Counted from the stretch's first letter, positions 27,021-37,461 are shown. The stretch is DNA of 64,000 nucleotides from Candidatus Bathyarchaeia archaeon (GCA_038870975.1 JAVZJD010000002.1:131037-195036); one strand, 5' to 3'. The notes: generated from the letters alone by a model not told the origin. A program made the numbers and translations.

Positions 27021-27422
27021 TCAACTCGGCAGTCTTCGTCCACAGCGTACACAGAATTTTGCATCAGGTGGATTTTTAAATTCACAATATGGACATATCT
27101 TCTCCAATCCGGTACCTACAGGTGGAGGGGTTGGAACGGTCGGGGGTGTTACTAGAGTTGGAGGAGGACTTGGTTTCTCATACTGAGACTTTAAAAGTAC
27201 GACATCACCGATGGCTTGAATATCAGCCCAAGGTATATTCAGTTCTCTACCGGCGCTGTCTACAGATATGGCTAATTCTACGCCCTCGGGAGTTAGGCTA
27301 AAAGAAAGATCTTTAACTGTGCCTATCACATAACCTCTCTTCTCAACTACCTGCTTACCGACGACTTCGCTCCGCTTAATGAAGACTTTACCTTCAGATT
27401 TCTCACCCAATTTACACACCAC
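27021..27422 (-). CDS. PRC-barrel domain protein with C-terminal zinc ribbon and Pro/Thr-rich linker
   Basis: N-terminal PRC-barrel-like pattern (VIGKQVVEKRGYVIGTVKDL...), linker PSPPPTLVTPPTVPTPPPVG, CPYCEF...CVRCG. Confidence 0.5.
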   Translation of the reverse strand: MVCKLGEKSEGKVFIKRSEVVGKQVVEKRGYVIGTVKDLSFSLTPEGVELAISVDSAGRELNIPWADIQAIGDVVLLKSQYEKPSPPPTLVTPPTVPTPPPVGTGLEKICPYCEFKNPPDAKFCVRCGRRLPS

Positions 27423-27552
27423 TTAACCATTCAGGGAACTTAACTAAAAACATTATGTAGTCTACTGAGATGAAGCATTGGAAAGTTGATAAATTTTCAA
27501 AGTGAAAAAGTTTAAAACCTAGAAAATACTAGTTTTCTACTGGCTGCGTATT

Positions 27553-27852
27553 TTGGGGTTAGCCTTGAGGGAGTTCAAGTACTGTTCTCCTGACTGCTCA
27601 TTCTTTAGATGTGGTAAAAAAGCTTTGAAGACTGGTAAAGGGACTATGTGGTGCACCTACACAAACGACTACTGTGTAGGATACAAATGCAACTATGCAA
27701 GTTGCATCAGAAACAAACTGTTGAATGACGGTATCTGCGGCTTAACCGTAAAACGGAAATCTGAAGATTTAGAGATACCTGAAGAGCTGGATGTTCAAGT
27801 TAAAGTTAGAAGTAAAATAATGAAGAAGTTAGGCGAGAAAGAGATATTCTAA
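27553..27852 (+). CDS. Small Cys-rich protein (99 aa), unknown function
   Basis: 11 Cys in first 70 aa, Lys-rich C-terminus; could be non-coding. Confidence 0.3.
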   Translation: MGLALREFKYCSPDCSFFRCGKKALKTGKGTMWCTYTNDYCVGYKCNYASCIRNKLLNDGICGLTVKRKSEDLEIPEELDVQVKVRSKIMKKLGEKEIF

Positions 27853-27875
27853 ATTCCATCCCCCTATTTTTAAAT

Positions 27876-28667
27876 TTAAACGAGTATGGAATTGAAGTTG
27901 CTAGGCTTACAGATTATTCTCAAGTCTGGTAGGCCATACATGAGTGTTGTTTTACCTGGTAATTCTATCTCTCGACCCAGTTTTTCAACGTAGGTTTTAA
28001 ACGGATAGTCTTCACTTTCAACTTCAACTCTCCCCCCTATGAGGAGTTCTTCTCTTTTCCAAGCGTTAACTCTTATCCTTGCTTTTAGGTCAACTATGCC
28101 TTGAACGGGTTTCCTACGGGATACCAGTGTCTGTATGTCTCCATAAGCTGTCTTCGACGGAGTTACATCTATCGTAAACTGCTCTAAGTCTCTTTCGAAG
28201 AGAAACTCAGCCCCAGGCTTTTCTGAAGGTATTGGCCCGATTATGGCCGTTGAGACGGTTTCACCTCTAAGCTTATATTTAAGCCAGAGGTTCACTAAAC
28301 CTCTTCCACTCATTTCCTCCGGTTTTAAACACCATTCTATTACGGAGAAATCTTCGTTTGAACCTTCCACACCGTCAACTTTAAAACAGACGCCCCACAG
28401 GAAGTTTGGATTCCCTATAAATTTAGGCTTTACGTAGTGCCATGATAATCTAACTCCACCTACGGATTCATTTACATACTCTGGTTGGCTCGGATAAAAG
28501 TCTTTAAAAGAACAGCCTTTAAACCCACCGATTTCAATGGTTATTTTATCCTCTGGTGAGAAGTTATGCGTTTCTGGTTGAGACGTGTGGATGGCAAGAG
28601 AAATAGATGACGGCTTAATCCCTTCTTGTGAAATATAAAATTCAACTGTTTTGAAGACTTTAAACAT
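27876..28667 (-). CDS. Hypothetical protein (263 aa), divergently transcribed from the HerA-like ATPase gene
   Basis: Long ORF with compositional coding signal; no recognisable motif. Confidence 0.5.
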   Translation of the reverse strand: MFKVFKTVEFYISQEGIKPSSISLAIHTSQPETHNFSPEDKITIEIGGFKGCSFKDFYPSQPEYVNESVGGVRLSWHYVKPKFIGNPNFLWGVCFKVDGVEGSNEDFSVIEWCLKPEEMSGRGLVNLWLKYKLRGETVSTAIIGPIPSEKPGAEFLFERDLEQFTIDVTPSKTAYGDIQTLVSRRKPVQGIVDLKARIRVNAWKREELLIGGRVEVESEDYPFKTYVEKLGREIELPGKTTLMYGLPDLRIICKPSNFNSILV

Positions 28668-28788
28668 TTTCCACCTAGAATTTTAAGGTTACATCTGTTT
28701 ATATAGGTTTGCCTATGATAAATTGCAAGTTATCCACGCTCTTCTTCAACTCGAAGAAGTATAAGAAAATTCTTTAGGAAGTTGGCAT

Positions 28789-31779
28789 ATGGTTAAAATG
28801 AGTAGTTTGTCTGAAGAGGCTATCGGGATAGTAGAGGGCGATATCTCAGTAACAAAGTTCAGGTTTAAAGCTTTAACTGAAGACGTCGGGATAAACGACT
28901 ATGTTGAACTCCGGCATGAAGGAGAGAGTTACGTAGCATTGATCACCAACGTCCATAGGACTGTAGACAGCATCCTATGTGAATGTAGCCTCATAGGTTT
29001 AGGGCCCAGAAAACCTCTACCTGTTGGAACGATGGTTTACAAAGTTTCAGAGGAAAATCTTAGAAAAAGCCTGGGTTTAACAACAGATGAGAAGAAGGGT
29101 ATATACATAGGGCGTTTGATAGGCTACGGTTGTAAAGTCTTTCTACCGATTAAAGGCATGGGTAGGATATTCATAGTCGGCAAGCCCGGCTCAGGAAAAA
29201 GCTACACTGTCGGTGTCATAGTTGAGGAGTTTCTTAAAAAGGGTATTCCAGTCGTTATAATAGACCCGCATGGTGAATACTCTAGTCTGAAGATTCCAAA
29301 CCCTTCATCAAATCAAGAAGTCGAGTCCAAATCATATGTAAACCAAGTTTTAGAATTTGGAGATCCTCAGATAAATCCAGGTGTTGATGTTGGATTAGAG
29401 TCTCTAAGGGTTGCTGAACCTGAAGACCTAGTCGTACCTGGTCAGTGCACCATTATAAACCTAAGAGGAATAGTCGAAGAAGAACAGGTTGCATTAGTAA
29501 GCGAAGTTTTAGATAAGCTTTTTCAAGCATCCATAACTAGAAGGATTAAACCCTTCTATTGCTTTATGGATGAAGCCCACAGGTTTGCGGGTAAAGAGAA
29601 GAGGTCCACGACAGAGTTTGTTAAGAGGTTTGCACAAGAAGGACGGAAATTTGGGGCAAACTTAGTAGTTGTAACTCAGAGACCCCAGCTCCTAGATACT
29701 ACTGTTAGAGGCCTTGTCGGTACTTGGATAATACACAGAGTGACAGATCCGAATGATATTAAAATAGTTTTAGAGAGTGGAGGGCTGGGGAAGAAATGGG
29801 AGGATATAATACAATGGCTTGATAAAGGTGAGGCCGTGGTCACTGGAGAAGTTGTTGAAAAAGTTCCAATACTTGTCAAAATAAGGGCTAGGGAAACCAT
29901 GCATGGTGCCCCTGGCTTCAACCCACTTGATTTTGCTGAGCCAGAGTTGAAAGATAAGATTTCACAGCGTATTAGAGATACTAAGCGTAGGCTTGTAAGT
30001 AGGCAGAGGGATGAGCAGTACTGGGATACTCCTCCAGATATAACTCCAGACCTACCTCAAGGGTTTCTACCGATGAAAATAGATGTAAAGATGATCGTGG
30101 ATAGACTTTCGAGTAAATGTCCATATCTATCTCTTGAACTCAACGATTACAGGCTCGAATTTAAGCCTGCACTTCAATATGAACTTCGAGCTCAAGTTAG
30201 TAGACGTGAGCCTAATGTAAATTTCCAGTCTGAGTTAGTCGGTTTTACGCCCTTGGCCGAGGGCTTCAATTTAGCACGTACAGATGCATATGGAGTGTCT
30301 TTCGACGAACTATCCTCCACTGTACTCTTAACCGAGCCTCCGTCTAAAGGTCGTTATGTTCAACCTGGTGTGGATTTATCTGAACGCGGATTTAAGAGGC
30401 TTCTCAGGGGTTTAAAGGTAAATACCTCTATGAGGCTTGCTCAAGTAGTCTACTATCACCCTGGCTTAGGCTACGCCTCTCAAACTTCAGATAAAAAGGC
30501 GTTCATCGAAGAGTGCCGTCGAGAGGCTAAGCGTCTAGTAGAGGAGAAGATTAAGCAGGAATTTGACAGTCTTCAGAAGGTTCTGGAGAACGTAAGAGAA
30601 GAGTATAAGCGTAAGAAAGAGATGCTGATGAAATATGTAGATGAATTGGAAGAACTCACAAAGAGCGTTAAACGACTTAAAAACGAACTTAGCGATGCCA
30701 GAAGGTCGAGTAGGCCGAATCGGAAAATTAGAATTATGGTTGAGACGAGGGAAGAGAAAATTGAAAAACTTCAGAAGAGAGTTGCCACATTGGAGGAGGA
30801 GCTTAAAGAGCTTAAAAAATATGAAGACGCTTTACTTCAAGATTGGAGCATTAAAATGAACTCAATAAAGGAGAAGTATTTGAATCTCGAAAAAACGGCT
30901 GTAAGAAGCTATGTCATACAGCCCACTTCTAAAGAGCTTGAAGTAGCCCTCCTTCAGCTTGTATGGGTTCCTACATTTAAGGCAATTTTTACAGTTTCCT
31001 CCGGTGACGTTAAGACAACTATGGTCTTATCTTGGAACGCTATCAACGGTAAAGGGTTTTATGGAGAATGCGTAGAATGCGGAAAAACCGCAGAGACGGC
31101 TGATGAGTTTCTACTGTGCGGAGTCTGTCTTAAACCGATATGTGACGAACATAAACACATATGCGAGAAATGTGGGAAACCTATATGTTCAGTTCACTCT
31201 TGGAAGTGTAGTGTTTGCAATAGAATACTATGCGATAGTGAGGGGAGATATACATGTGGTTTCTGTTCAAAGCCCGTCTGCGGAGAGTGCTCTAGAAAAT
31301 GTGCAGAATGTGAAGCCTCTATTACGTATTGTCCAGTTGACATCGTTGAATGTCCTCATTGCAGTTTAAATCTGTGTAAAGAGCATTTTAAGGAACATTT
31401 AACATGGTGTGACGTATGCGGTGAAGAGCTATGTATTAAATCTTCCTCCCTTTGCTCAGTGTGTGGTAAAACTCTCTGTACTTCATGTATAGTGAAGTGT
31501 TCTAAATGTGGTAAGCCAGTTTGTCCAGACCATGCATGGACCTGCAATGTCTGTGGAAGAAACTTCTGCTCAAATGAAGAAAAGCATATTTGTGAAATCT
31601 GCGGTAAACCACTATGCGCTGATGATTTTGTTAAGTGTCAATCTTGCGGAGCCTCCGTGGGGCGTACTCGTATAATTAAATGTCCAAGTTGCGGTAGAGA
31701 AGTGTGTGAAAACTGTCTCGTCGTTAAAAGGAAGGGTTTATTTAGAAACATCGGTTGCAAATTATGTCTTGGTGATTAG
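28789..31779 (+). CDS. HerA/FtsK-like (DUF87-type) P-loop ATPase fused to coiled-coil region and C-terminal array of ~12 tandem CxxC-x4-C zinc-ribbon modules
   Basis: Walker A GKPGSGKSYTVGV...IDPHGEY, Walker B/helicase-like CFMDEAHRF, ...VVTQRPQLLDTTVRGLVGTWIIHRVTDPNDI (HerA-type); aa ~560-690 heptad-rich; aa ~765-996 repeated CxxCGKPxCxxH/C units. Confidence 0.7.
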   Translation: MVKMSSLSEEAIGIVEGDISVTKFRFKALTEDVGINDYVELRHEGESYVALITNVHRTVDSILCECSLIGLGPRKPLPVGTMVYKVSEENLRKSLGLTTDEKKGIYIGRLIGYGCKVFLPIKGMGRIFIVGKPGSGKSYTVGVIVEEFLKKGIPVVIIDPHGEYSSLKIPNPSSNQEVESKSYVNQVLEFGDPQINPGVDVGLESLRVAEPEDLVVPGQCTIINLRGIVEEEQVALVSEVLDKLFQASITRRIKPFYCFMDEAHRFAGKEKRSTTEFVKRFAQEGRKFGANLVVVTQRPQLLDTTVRGLVGTWIIHRVTDPNDIKIVLESGGLGKKWEDIIQWLDKGEAVVTGEVVEKVPILVKIRARETMHGAPGFNPLDFAEPELKDKISQRIRDTKRRLVSRQRDEQYWDTPPDITPDLPQGFLPMKIDVKMIVDRLSSKCPYLSLELNDYRLEFKPALQYELRAQVSRREPNVNFQSELVGFTPLAEGFNLARTDAYGVSFDELSSTVLLTEPPSKGRYVQPGVDLSERGFKRLLRGLKVNTSMRLAQVVYYHPGLGYASQTSDKKAFIEECRREAKRLVEEKIKQEFDSLQKVLENVREEYKRKKEMLMKYVDELEELTKSVKRLKNELSDARRSSRPNRKIRIMVETREEKIEKLQKRVATLEEELKELKKYEDALLQDWSIKMNSIKEKYLNLEKTAVRSYVIQPTSKELEVALLQLVWVPTFKAIFTVSSGDVKTTMVLSWNAINGKGFYGECVECGKTAETADEFLLCGVCLKPICDEHKHICEKCGKPICSVHSWKCSVCNRILCDSEGRYTCGFCSKPVCGECSRKCAECEASITYCPVDIVECPHCSLNLCKEHFKEHLTWCDVCGEELCIKSSSLCSVCGKTLCTSCIVKCSKCGKPVCPDHAWTCNVCGRNFCSNEEKHICEICGKPLCADDFVKCQSCGASVGRTRIIKCPSCGREVCENCLVVKRKGLFRNIGCKLCLGD

Positions 31780-31784
31780 ACTTT

Positions 31785-32561
31785 TTGGAAGTTGTAAAAG
31801 AAGGAGACTATGTTCTTCTTTATTTAGATAGTAGGAGAGGCTTCCTAGTTGAAGTTGCGGATAGAGTTTTCCATACGCATAGAGGTTATTTAAAGCTTAA
31901 AGAGCTTGTAGGTCAACCTTACGGGTCACGTGTAAGAAGTAGTATGGGTGCTGAGTTTGTAGTATTAAAACCTACCCTGAGGGATTTCATCCTGAAAAAA
32001 TTTAGAAGACCAACTCAAATAGTCTATCCTAAGGATGTGGGTTTAATTCTAACCTACGCTGGTATAGGACCTGGGTTTAGAATCGCAGAGGCAGGTGTTG
32101 GCTCTGGTGCTCTAACGGCTTTCCTTGCATACTACGTTAGACCAACCGGGAGGGTTTACGGCTATGAGATTAGGCCTGAATTCATTAAGATCGCTAAGAA
32201 AAACCTCTCATATACCGGTTTAATGGAGTACATAGAGCTTAAGCTTAAAGATGTTAGAGATGGGTTTGACGAGAGAGATTTAGACGCTGTAGTCTTAGAC
32301 CTTCCAACACCTTGGGAGGTTATACCTAAAGCCTACGATGCTTTAAAAAACAGCGGCGTCCTCATAAGCTTCAGTCCAACTATAAACCAAGTAGAAAAAA
32401 CTGTTGAGGCGGCTAAGGGTTACGGCTTCGTCTCTGTAGAGGCTGTTGAATGTTTAGAGCGGCGCTTCAAAGTTAAAGCTGGTGAAACAAGGCCTGAAAC
32501 AGTTATGATAGGCCATACAGGCTACTTAGTTTTCACACGTAAATCGTTAAAATCGACCTAG
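31785..32561 (+). CDS. trmI: tRNA (adenine-N1)-methyltransferase TrmI (GCD14 family)
   Basis: GDYVLLYLDSRRG...HTHRGYLKLKELVGQPYGSRVRSS...TQIVYPKDVGLIL...EAGVGSGALT matches the TrmI N-terminal domain and SAM motif I. Confidence 0.8.
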   Translation: MEVVKEGDYVLLYLDSRRGFLVEVADRVFHTHRGYLKLKELVGQPYGSRVRSSMGAEFVVLKPTLRDFILKKFRRPTQIVYPKDVGLILTYAGIGPGFRIAEAGVGSGALTAFLAYYVRPTGRVYGYEIRPEFIKIAKKNLSYTGLMEYIELKLKDVRDGFDERDLDAVVLDLPTPWEVIPKAYDALKNSGVLISFSPTINQVEKTVEAAKGYGFVSVEAVECLERRFKVKAGETRPETVMIGHTGYLVFTRKSLKST

Positions 32562-32630
32562 TTTTTGATAGAAAGGTTAATAAATAATTAAGGTTATTTA
32601 TTAATTAGCCTATTAGAGGTAGTAAACCTC

Positions 32631-33374
32631 ATGTGGATTTCAAGATGGCTTGGCGAGTGCTACTCGAAACTTTATGCAAAGTTTGGAATTGATTTATTCA
32701 CTTTAAAGGAGGCTAGAGAAGTTTTACCGTTTAGTGAGAATAAGATTTCCGTTGCCTTTAGTATGCTTCATTCTAAGAGGTTTTTATTGGTTTTTAGTCG
32801 GAAAAAGCCTAGAATGTATAGGCTTTTAGACCCCGAGAACATGGTTTTCCTAGCGTCTGGACTTGTTAAGAATTTTGACAGGATTTACCAGGAAGCATAT
32901 CTAAAACTTATACTGAATTGCCTTCATGCCTCTCTAAAGCTTTTAGATTTAGAGAGTTTTGCCGTCTACGGCTCTGTAGCTAGGGGTAAGGCATCAAACA
33001 CAAGCGACTTGGATATCCTTCTTATTTCAGATTCCCTCTACGGCAGTATAGCTTCTAGGATGAGGGAGATGTATAAAATTAATGAGTTGGTTCAGGATGA
33101 ATTGAAATGGCTTAGAAGGCACGGCATATATGTAGGTTTAAGCTTCTATCCTTTGAGGAAGAGTGAAGCTGAGAAACTGCCGATTTTATTCTTAGATTTA
33201 ACTGAGGATGCCGTGATACTCTATGATAGAAGAGGCTTCTTAGAAGGCCTACTTTTAGATTTAAAGGCTAAGCTTTTAAAGAGTGGAGCAAAGAGAGTAC
33301 CCATCGATGGTAACCGTTGGTACTGGGATTTGAAGCCGGATTATAAACCTGGTGAATCCATTGAAATTGCTTAA
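32631..33374 (+). CDS. Minimal nucleotidyltransferase (MNT) with N-terminal winged helix; antitoxin-like partner of HEPN
   Basis: ...FAVYGSVARGKASNTSDLDILLISD... (GS-x9-13-DxD MNT motif); overlaps downstream HEPN gene by 23 nt. Confidence 0.7.
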   Translation: MWISRWLGECYSKLYAKFGIDLFTLKEAREVLPFSENKISVAFSMLHSKRFLLVFSRKKPRMYRLLDPENMVFLASGLVKNFDRIYQEAYLKLILNCLHASLKLLDLESFAVYGSVARGKASNTSDLDILLISDSLYGSIASRMREMYKINELVQDELKWLRRHGIYVGLSFYPLRKSEAEKLPILFLDLTEDAVILYDRRGFLEGLLLDLKAKLLKSGAKRVPIDGNRWYWDLKPDYKPGESIEIA

Positions 33375-33801
33375 AATTGCTAAGGCTTATCTTCGCCAGG
33401 CTAAGGCTAGATTGGAAGACGCAAAGGATGCTGTTGTGGATGGAAATTTCCCCTACGCTGTGAGATTGAGCCAAGAATGTGTAGAACTATGTCTTAAAGC
33501 AATTTTGAAAACTGTGGGCGTAGAGTACCCTAAGGTACATGATGTTTCAGACGTTTTACTTGAGATTAAAGATAGGTTTCCAGAGTGGTTTAAAGTCGAA
33601 TTGGATTTTTTATGCTATTCGTCTAGGATCTTAACCATGAAAAGGGAGTTGTGCTTCTATGGAGGTGAAGAAGCGCTATTGTCGCCAGATGAAGTAGTAA
33701 ATAGGGAGGATGCGGATGATGCTACATCTAGGGCTGAGCGTGTTTATACATTATGTGAAAAATTGATTAAAGAGGTTGAAAAGTATGAATCTTCACCATA
33801 G
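33352..33801 (+). CDS. HEPN-domain protein (toxin-like partner of MNT)
   Basis: ...AVRLSQECVELCLKAILKTVGVEYPKVHDVSDVL... HEPN helix with R-x4-6-H-type motif. Confidence 0.65.
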   Translation: MNPLKLLKIAKAYLRQAKARLEDAKDAVVDGNFPYAVRLSQECVELCLKAILKTVGVEYPKVHDVSDVLLEIKDRFPEWFKVELDFLCYSSRILTMKRELCFYGGEEALLSPDEVVNREDADDATSRAERVYTLCEKLIKEVEKYESSP

Positions 33802-33893
33802 GGATTTTTACAGTTTATAACGATAGATTTTTAAAGCCACGCTTTTTCAGGTTCTTAACCGTCGGCTGGATTTTTCCGTTAGTGTAACTACCT

Positions 33894-35183
33894 CTACTCT
33901 TGTAGTTCAGATGATTCAATGTTGCTATATTGCGTGCGTCTTTTTAAGAGTAAAGGTGCTAAGGATGTGATTATATTGTTTACCATGATTATATTTGTTA
34001 CAATTAGAGGATATATGGACGCTATTGCTATTTGACGCATTGTCAATTCATCGTAGACTATTAGACTCAATACAGCATTAGCCAAACCAGTTCCACACAT
34101 AAACGTCATAAATGTTCTATACTCATAAAGAGTGCTTCCATATATGGATATGTCAACTACGAGTTTACGTATTAAGAGGTTTACCCCGAGGATTATACAA
34201 GCATATAAGACTCCCGTAATGTCTGGTATGTAAATTAACCCTAGAAATAGAAAGAACAGGGCTCTAACTAGAAATGTCAGTTCGGACTGGAATGATCGAA
34301 ACTTCTCAATGTCCTCTATTAGGTCGTGCATATATTGCAAATTTAAGCGTTCTAAGAGCGCTCCAAAAGCTAAATCTAAAAATCGGAGCCCTTCTCCAGT
34401 TGGATTTAAGTACTGTAGTAACATTCCAAGTATAGCTCCGAAGGCTAAAGCCGATAAGGCTCCGCTTCCACCTAAAAATTCTACCCCAGTATAACACATG
34501 ATTAGTGCCGCTAGTGTTAGCATGTAAGTATATTCCTGTCTTCTAACGATTTCCAGTATTTTGATCCAGATTATCCCAACGATTACTCCCAATATAATGC
34601 CAAGTATAAATTTCTCCACCAATTGTGAGAATATTATCTGAACGTCGAATGATCCAATCAGATATATTTTTAAGAATACTGTAACTAGGATTACGTTAAG
34701 TACGTCCGTAAGAGTTGATTCTAGGGACAGAACTGCTTTAACTTCCTCTGGTACGTTAAGTTTAGATATCAATGGTATCACTACTACTGAGCTTGTTCCA
34801 GCGGTCATAGGACCCAATATTAATGCTTCAATCCAACGGAGTCCTAGTGCAAAATGTCCAAAAAGCGTTGTAAAGAATGTTGCGGAAAGCACGTATGAGA
34901 ATGCTAATATAGTCGATCTTACGCTCTGCGATAGAAGTTTGTAGATATTCATGTTTAAGCCTCCTTGGAAGAGGATTAACGCTAAAGTTAAAGCCATGAA
35001 AACTGGCATTACTGGTAGCAGGTTTTCCTTTGAAAATAGCCCTAGTATTGGTCCAAATATTAAACCGATGAGTATGAGGAATAGCGTATCTGGAAAACCC
35101 GTCTTTTTAAAGATAAGGTTAGCTAGAAAACCTACAGCTATTATCGTAACTGCTACTGTGAAAACCGTTATTACATCGGCCAT
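33894..35183 (-). CDS. Na+/H+ antiporter, CPA1 (NhaP-type) family
   Basis: 429 aa, ~12 TM helices, N-terminal ...LFLILIGLIFGPILGL... and ...ESTLTDVL... patterns typical of NhaP exchangers. Confidence 0.75.
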   Translation of the reverse strand: MADVITVFTVAVTIIAVGFLANLIFKKTGFPDTLFLILIGLIFGPILGLFSKENLLPVMPVFMALTLALILFQGGLNMNIYKLLSQSVRSTILAFSYVLSATFFTTLFGHFALGLRWIEALILGPMTAGTSSVVVIPLISKLNVPEEVKAVLSLESTLTDVLNVILVTVFLKIYLIGSFDVQIIFSQLVEKFILGIILGVIVGIIWIKILEIVRRQEYTYMLTLAALIMCYTGVEFLGGSGALSALAFGAILGMLLQYLNPTGEGLRFLDLAFGALLERLNLQYMHDLIEDIEKFRSFQSELTFLVRALFFLFLGLIYIPDITGVLYACIILGVNLLIRKLVVDISIYGSTLYEYRTFMTFMCGTGLANAVLSLIVYDELTMRQIAIASIYPLIVTNIIMVNNIITSLAPLLLKRRTQYSNIESSELQE

Positions 35184-35269
35184 ATAATATTCCTCAAAAT
35201 ACTCTTAGGCAGAAATATCCTTCTAGCTAGCTATATATATTTTCCGATTACGCGCAACTCTTCCGCGCA

Positions 35270-35540
35270 AGTTTAACATTTTTCAAATACCGCCACCTTA
35301 TGGAAGTGCTTTATAGCATCGTAAACCTCTTCTTCAACATCTAATCCTACGGCTGGAAGAAGGAAACTAGTATCAACAAGCACTCTAGTTGAAGCCGATG
35401 TACCTCTTCTGCTGTTCAACGCTTTCACGCTCTAAATCCTCAAGTGTAACCTTTACGATTTTCCTACAGTGAAGCGAAAGCCAAACAGCATCATATAGGG
35501 GCTCTATAACAATTCTACCCCCCTCAACCGTAATCTTCAC
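35270..35540 (-). pseudogene. Decayed vapBC remnant: AbrB-like antitoxin frameshifted within a G7 homopolymer, followed by PIN gene truncated after ~35 codons
   Basis: Minus-strand translation VKITVEGG|RIVIEPLYDAVWLSLHCRKIVKVTLEDLERE... needs a 1-nt shift in the run at 35518-35524; downstream VLVDTSFLLPAVGLDVEEEVYDAIKHFHKVAVFEKC* is a PIN N-terminus ending prematurely. Confidence 0.45.
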
Positions 35541-35894
35541 CTTACACCCTCATTTATCTGAAGCTTCTCAGCAACGGCCTTCGGAATAACGAATGTACGT
35601 CTTCTACCAATCCTAGACGTAATAATCAGAGACACTATAATCGTCAGATAAATAGCTTATTCAGAGTTAATAAATATTTCTGTCAATGAATTATGAAAAT
35701 GAATAACTATATTTATCTGTTTAATAAGGAATTAGCTGAATTAACAATTCTCAGCCAATGTTATCCATAAAAGCTAAAAACCTCTTAAGAAGACCAGCCG
35801 TTCATAGTTTCCAAACCACGATAGTGGAGTGGTTATAGGTCTCCGTACTGTAAGATTTAAAAGTTTCATCATCAGTAGTGTTGGTTGGTGGATT

Positions 35895-37403
35895 ATGTCT
35901 AGGGGTGCTAAGATAGCTTTTATAGGTGCTGGTAGTGCAAGGTGGACCAGTAGGATTCTGATCGATCTATTTTTGAACGAGGATTTACGTAAGTCTGAGA
36001 TATGGCTTATGGATATTGATGAGTATAGGCTTAGCATCATATCGACTCTTGCCAAGAGATACGTTGAGGAGTTGAAGCTTCCGGCGAGAATACATGCGAC
36101 AAAAAATAGGGAGGAGTCGATTAAAGACGCGGATTTCGTAGTCTCGACGGCATTACCTAAGGGCTACCTATACTATGAGAGAATGAGAGATTTATCTGAG
36201 GAATGCGGTTACTATAGGGGGATAAATAGCGTAGAGTGGAATTACGTTGGAGACTACCATACTATATGGGGCTACTACCTATTCAAGCTCCACATGGATA
36301 TAGCCAGGGATATAGAGGAACTGGCTCCAGATGCATGGTTCTTCATAGTTTCAAACCCAGTTCTCGAACTAACTACGATGATTGCTAGAGAGACTAAAGT
36401 TAAGGTGGTAGGCATATGCCACGGATTCCTAGGTTATAGAGCCGCCATAGATGCTCTAGCTATGCGTCTAGCGAGGGAAAAGCTGGGTAAGGATATAACC
36501 CCATATTATGCTGCTCGTAGAGTTGAATACTACACTGAAGCCGTGAAGCTTGTAGATCCAGCTGAAGTTGAGGTGGAAATGAAGGGTTTAAACCATGTCC
36601 TATGGTTAACTGGGTTCAAGTATAAAGGCGATGACGCGTACAAGTATTTGGATGATTGGATAAGGGAGGATTCCGAGGAGTACTGGGCTGTGTGGAGAGA
36701 GCATACCACAAGCCCATGGGATCTAGACTTATGCCCAGCAGCCATAGACATGTATAAAACCTACGGCTACCTACCCGTAGGGGACAGCGTCCGAGGTGGT
36801 ACGTGGAAGTACCACTGGGATCTAAAGACTAAACAGTACTGGTATGGACCATATGGAGGGCCAGATTCGGAGATAGGCTGTGGTATAAGAATTTTAAACG
36901 TCAGGAGAACCGTCAAGGAGATGGCTAGAATAGCCTTCGATACTTCTAAGCCAGTATCGCAGTCTATACCGTTACAGCCGAGCGGTGAGGTCATAGCAAC
37001 CCTTATAGATTCCATATATACGGATAAGCCAACCGATGTCTACTTGACACCGTTTTACGGCAAGCAAATACAAACCCCCTTATATGTGAACGTGATAAAT
37101 AAGGGGAGGATACCAAACCTACCGGACGATGTAGCCGTCGAAATACCTGTGAAAGTAGATGGGAAAGGTATTCACCCGATACCTAATGGTAGCATCCCGA
37201 GTAGAATCTACAAGTACTCAATGTTGCCGAGGATAACTAGGGTTGAATGGGCGCTGGAGGCCAATTTGAAGGGTGGAAGAGACACTCTATTCCAATGGCT
37301 GATAGTCGATGTGAGAACTAAGAGCATGAAGCAGGTAGAAGATGTCATAGATGCGATACTTAGACTTCCAGATAATGAGGAGATGGCTAAACACTTCGGC
37401 TGA
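35895..37403 (+). CDS. Glycoside hydrolase family 4-like (NAD-dependent glycosidase); start probably the internal Met (MSRGAKIAFIGAGS)
   Basis: N-terminal Rossmann AKIAFIGAGSARWT and conserved Cys-His ...VVGICHGF... consistent with GH4. Confidence 0.5.
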   Translation: MSRGAKIAFIGAGSARWTSRILIDLFLNEDLRKSEIWLMDIDEYRLSIISTLAKRYVEELKLPARIHATKNREESIKDADFVVSTALPKGYLYYERMRDLSEECGYYRGINSVEWNYVGDYHTIWGYYLFKLHMDIARDIEELAPDAWFFIVSNPVLELTTMIARETKVKVVGICHGFLGYRAAIDALAMRLAREKLGKDITPYYAARRVEYYTEAVKLVDPAEVEVEMKGLNHVLWLTGFKYKGDDAYKYLDDWIREDSEEYWAVWREHTTSPWDLDLCPAAIDMYKTYGYLPVGDSVRGGTWKYHWDLKTKQYWYGPYGGPDSEIGCGIRILNVRRTVKEMARIAFDTSKPVSQSIPLQPSGEVIATLIDSIYTDKPTDVYLTPFYGKQIQTPLYVNVINKGRIPNLPDDVAVEIPVKVDGKGIHPIPNGSIPSRIYKYSMLPRITRVEWALEANLKGGRDTLFQWLIVDVRTKSMKQVEDVIDAILRLPDNEEMAKHFG

Positions 37404-37461
37404 AACCTCTACTTCTCCTTCAAGATTCATCTTCGGTTTTATTGCCTGCGAAGAATCGAAA

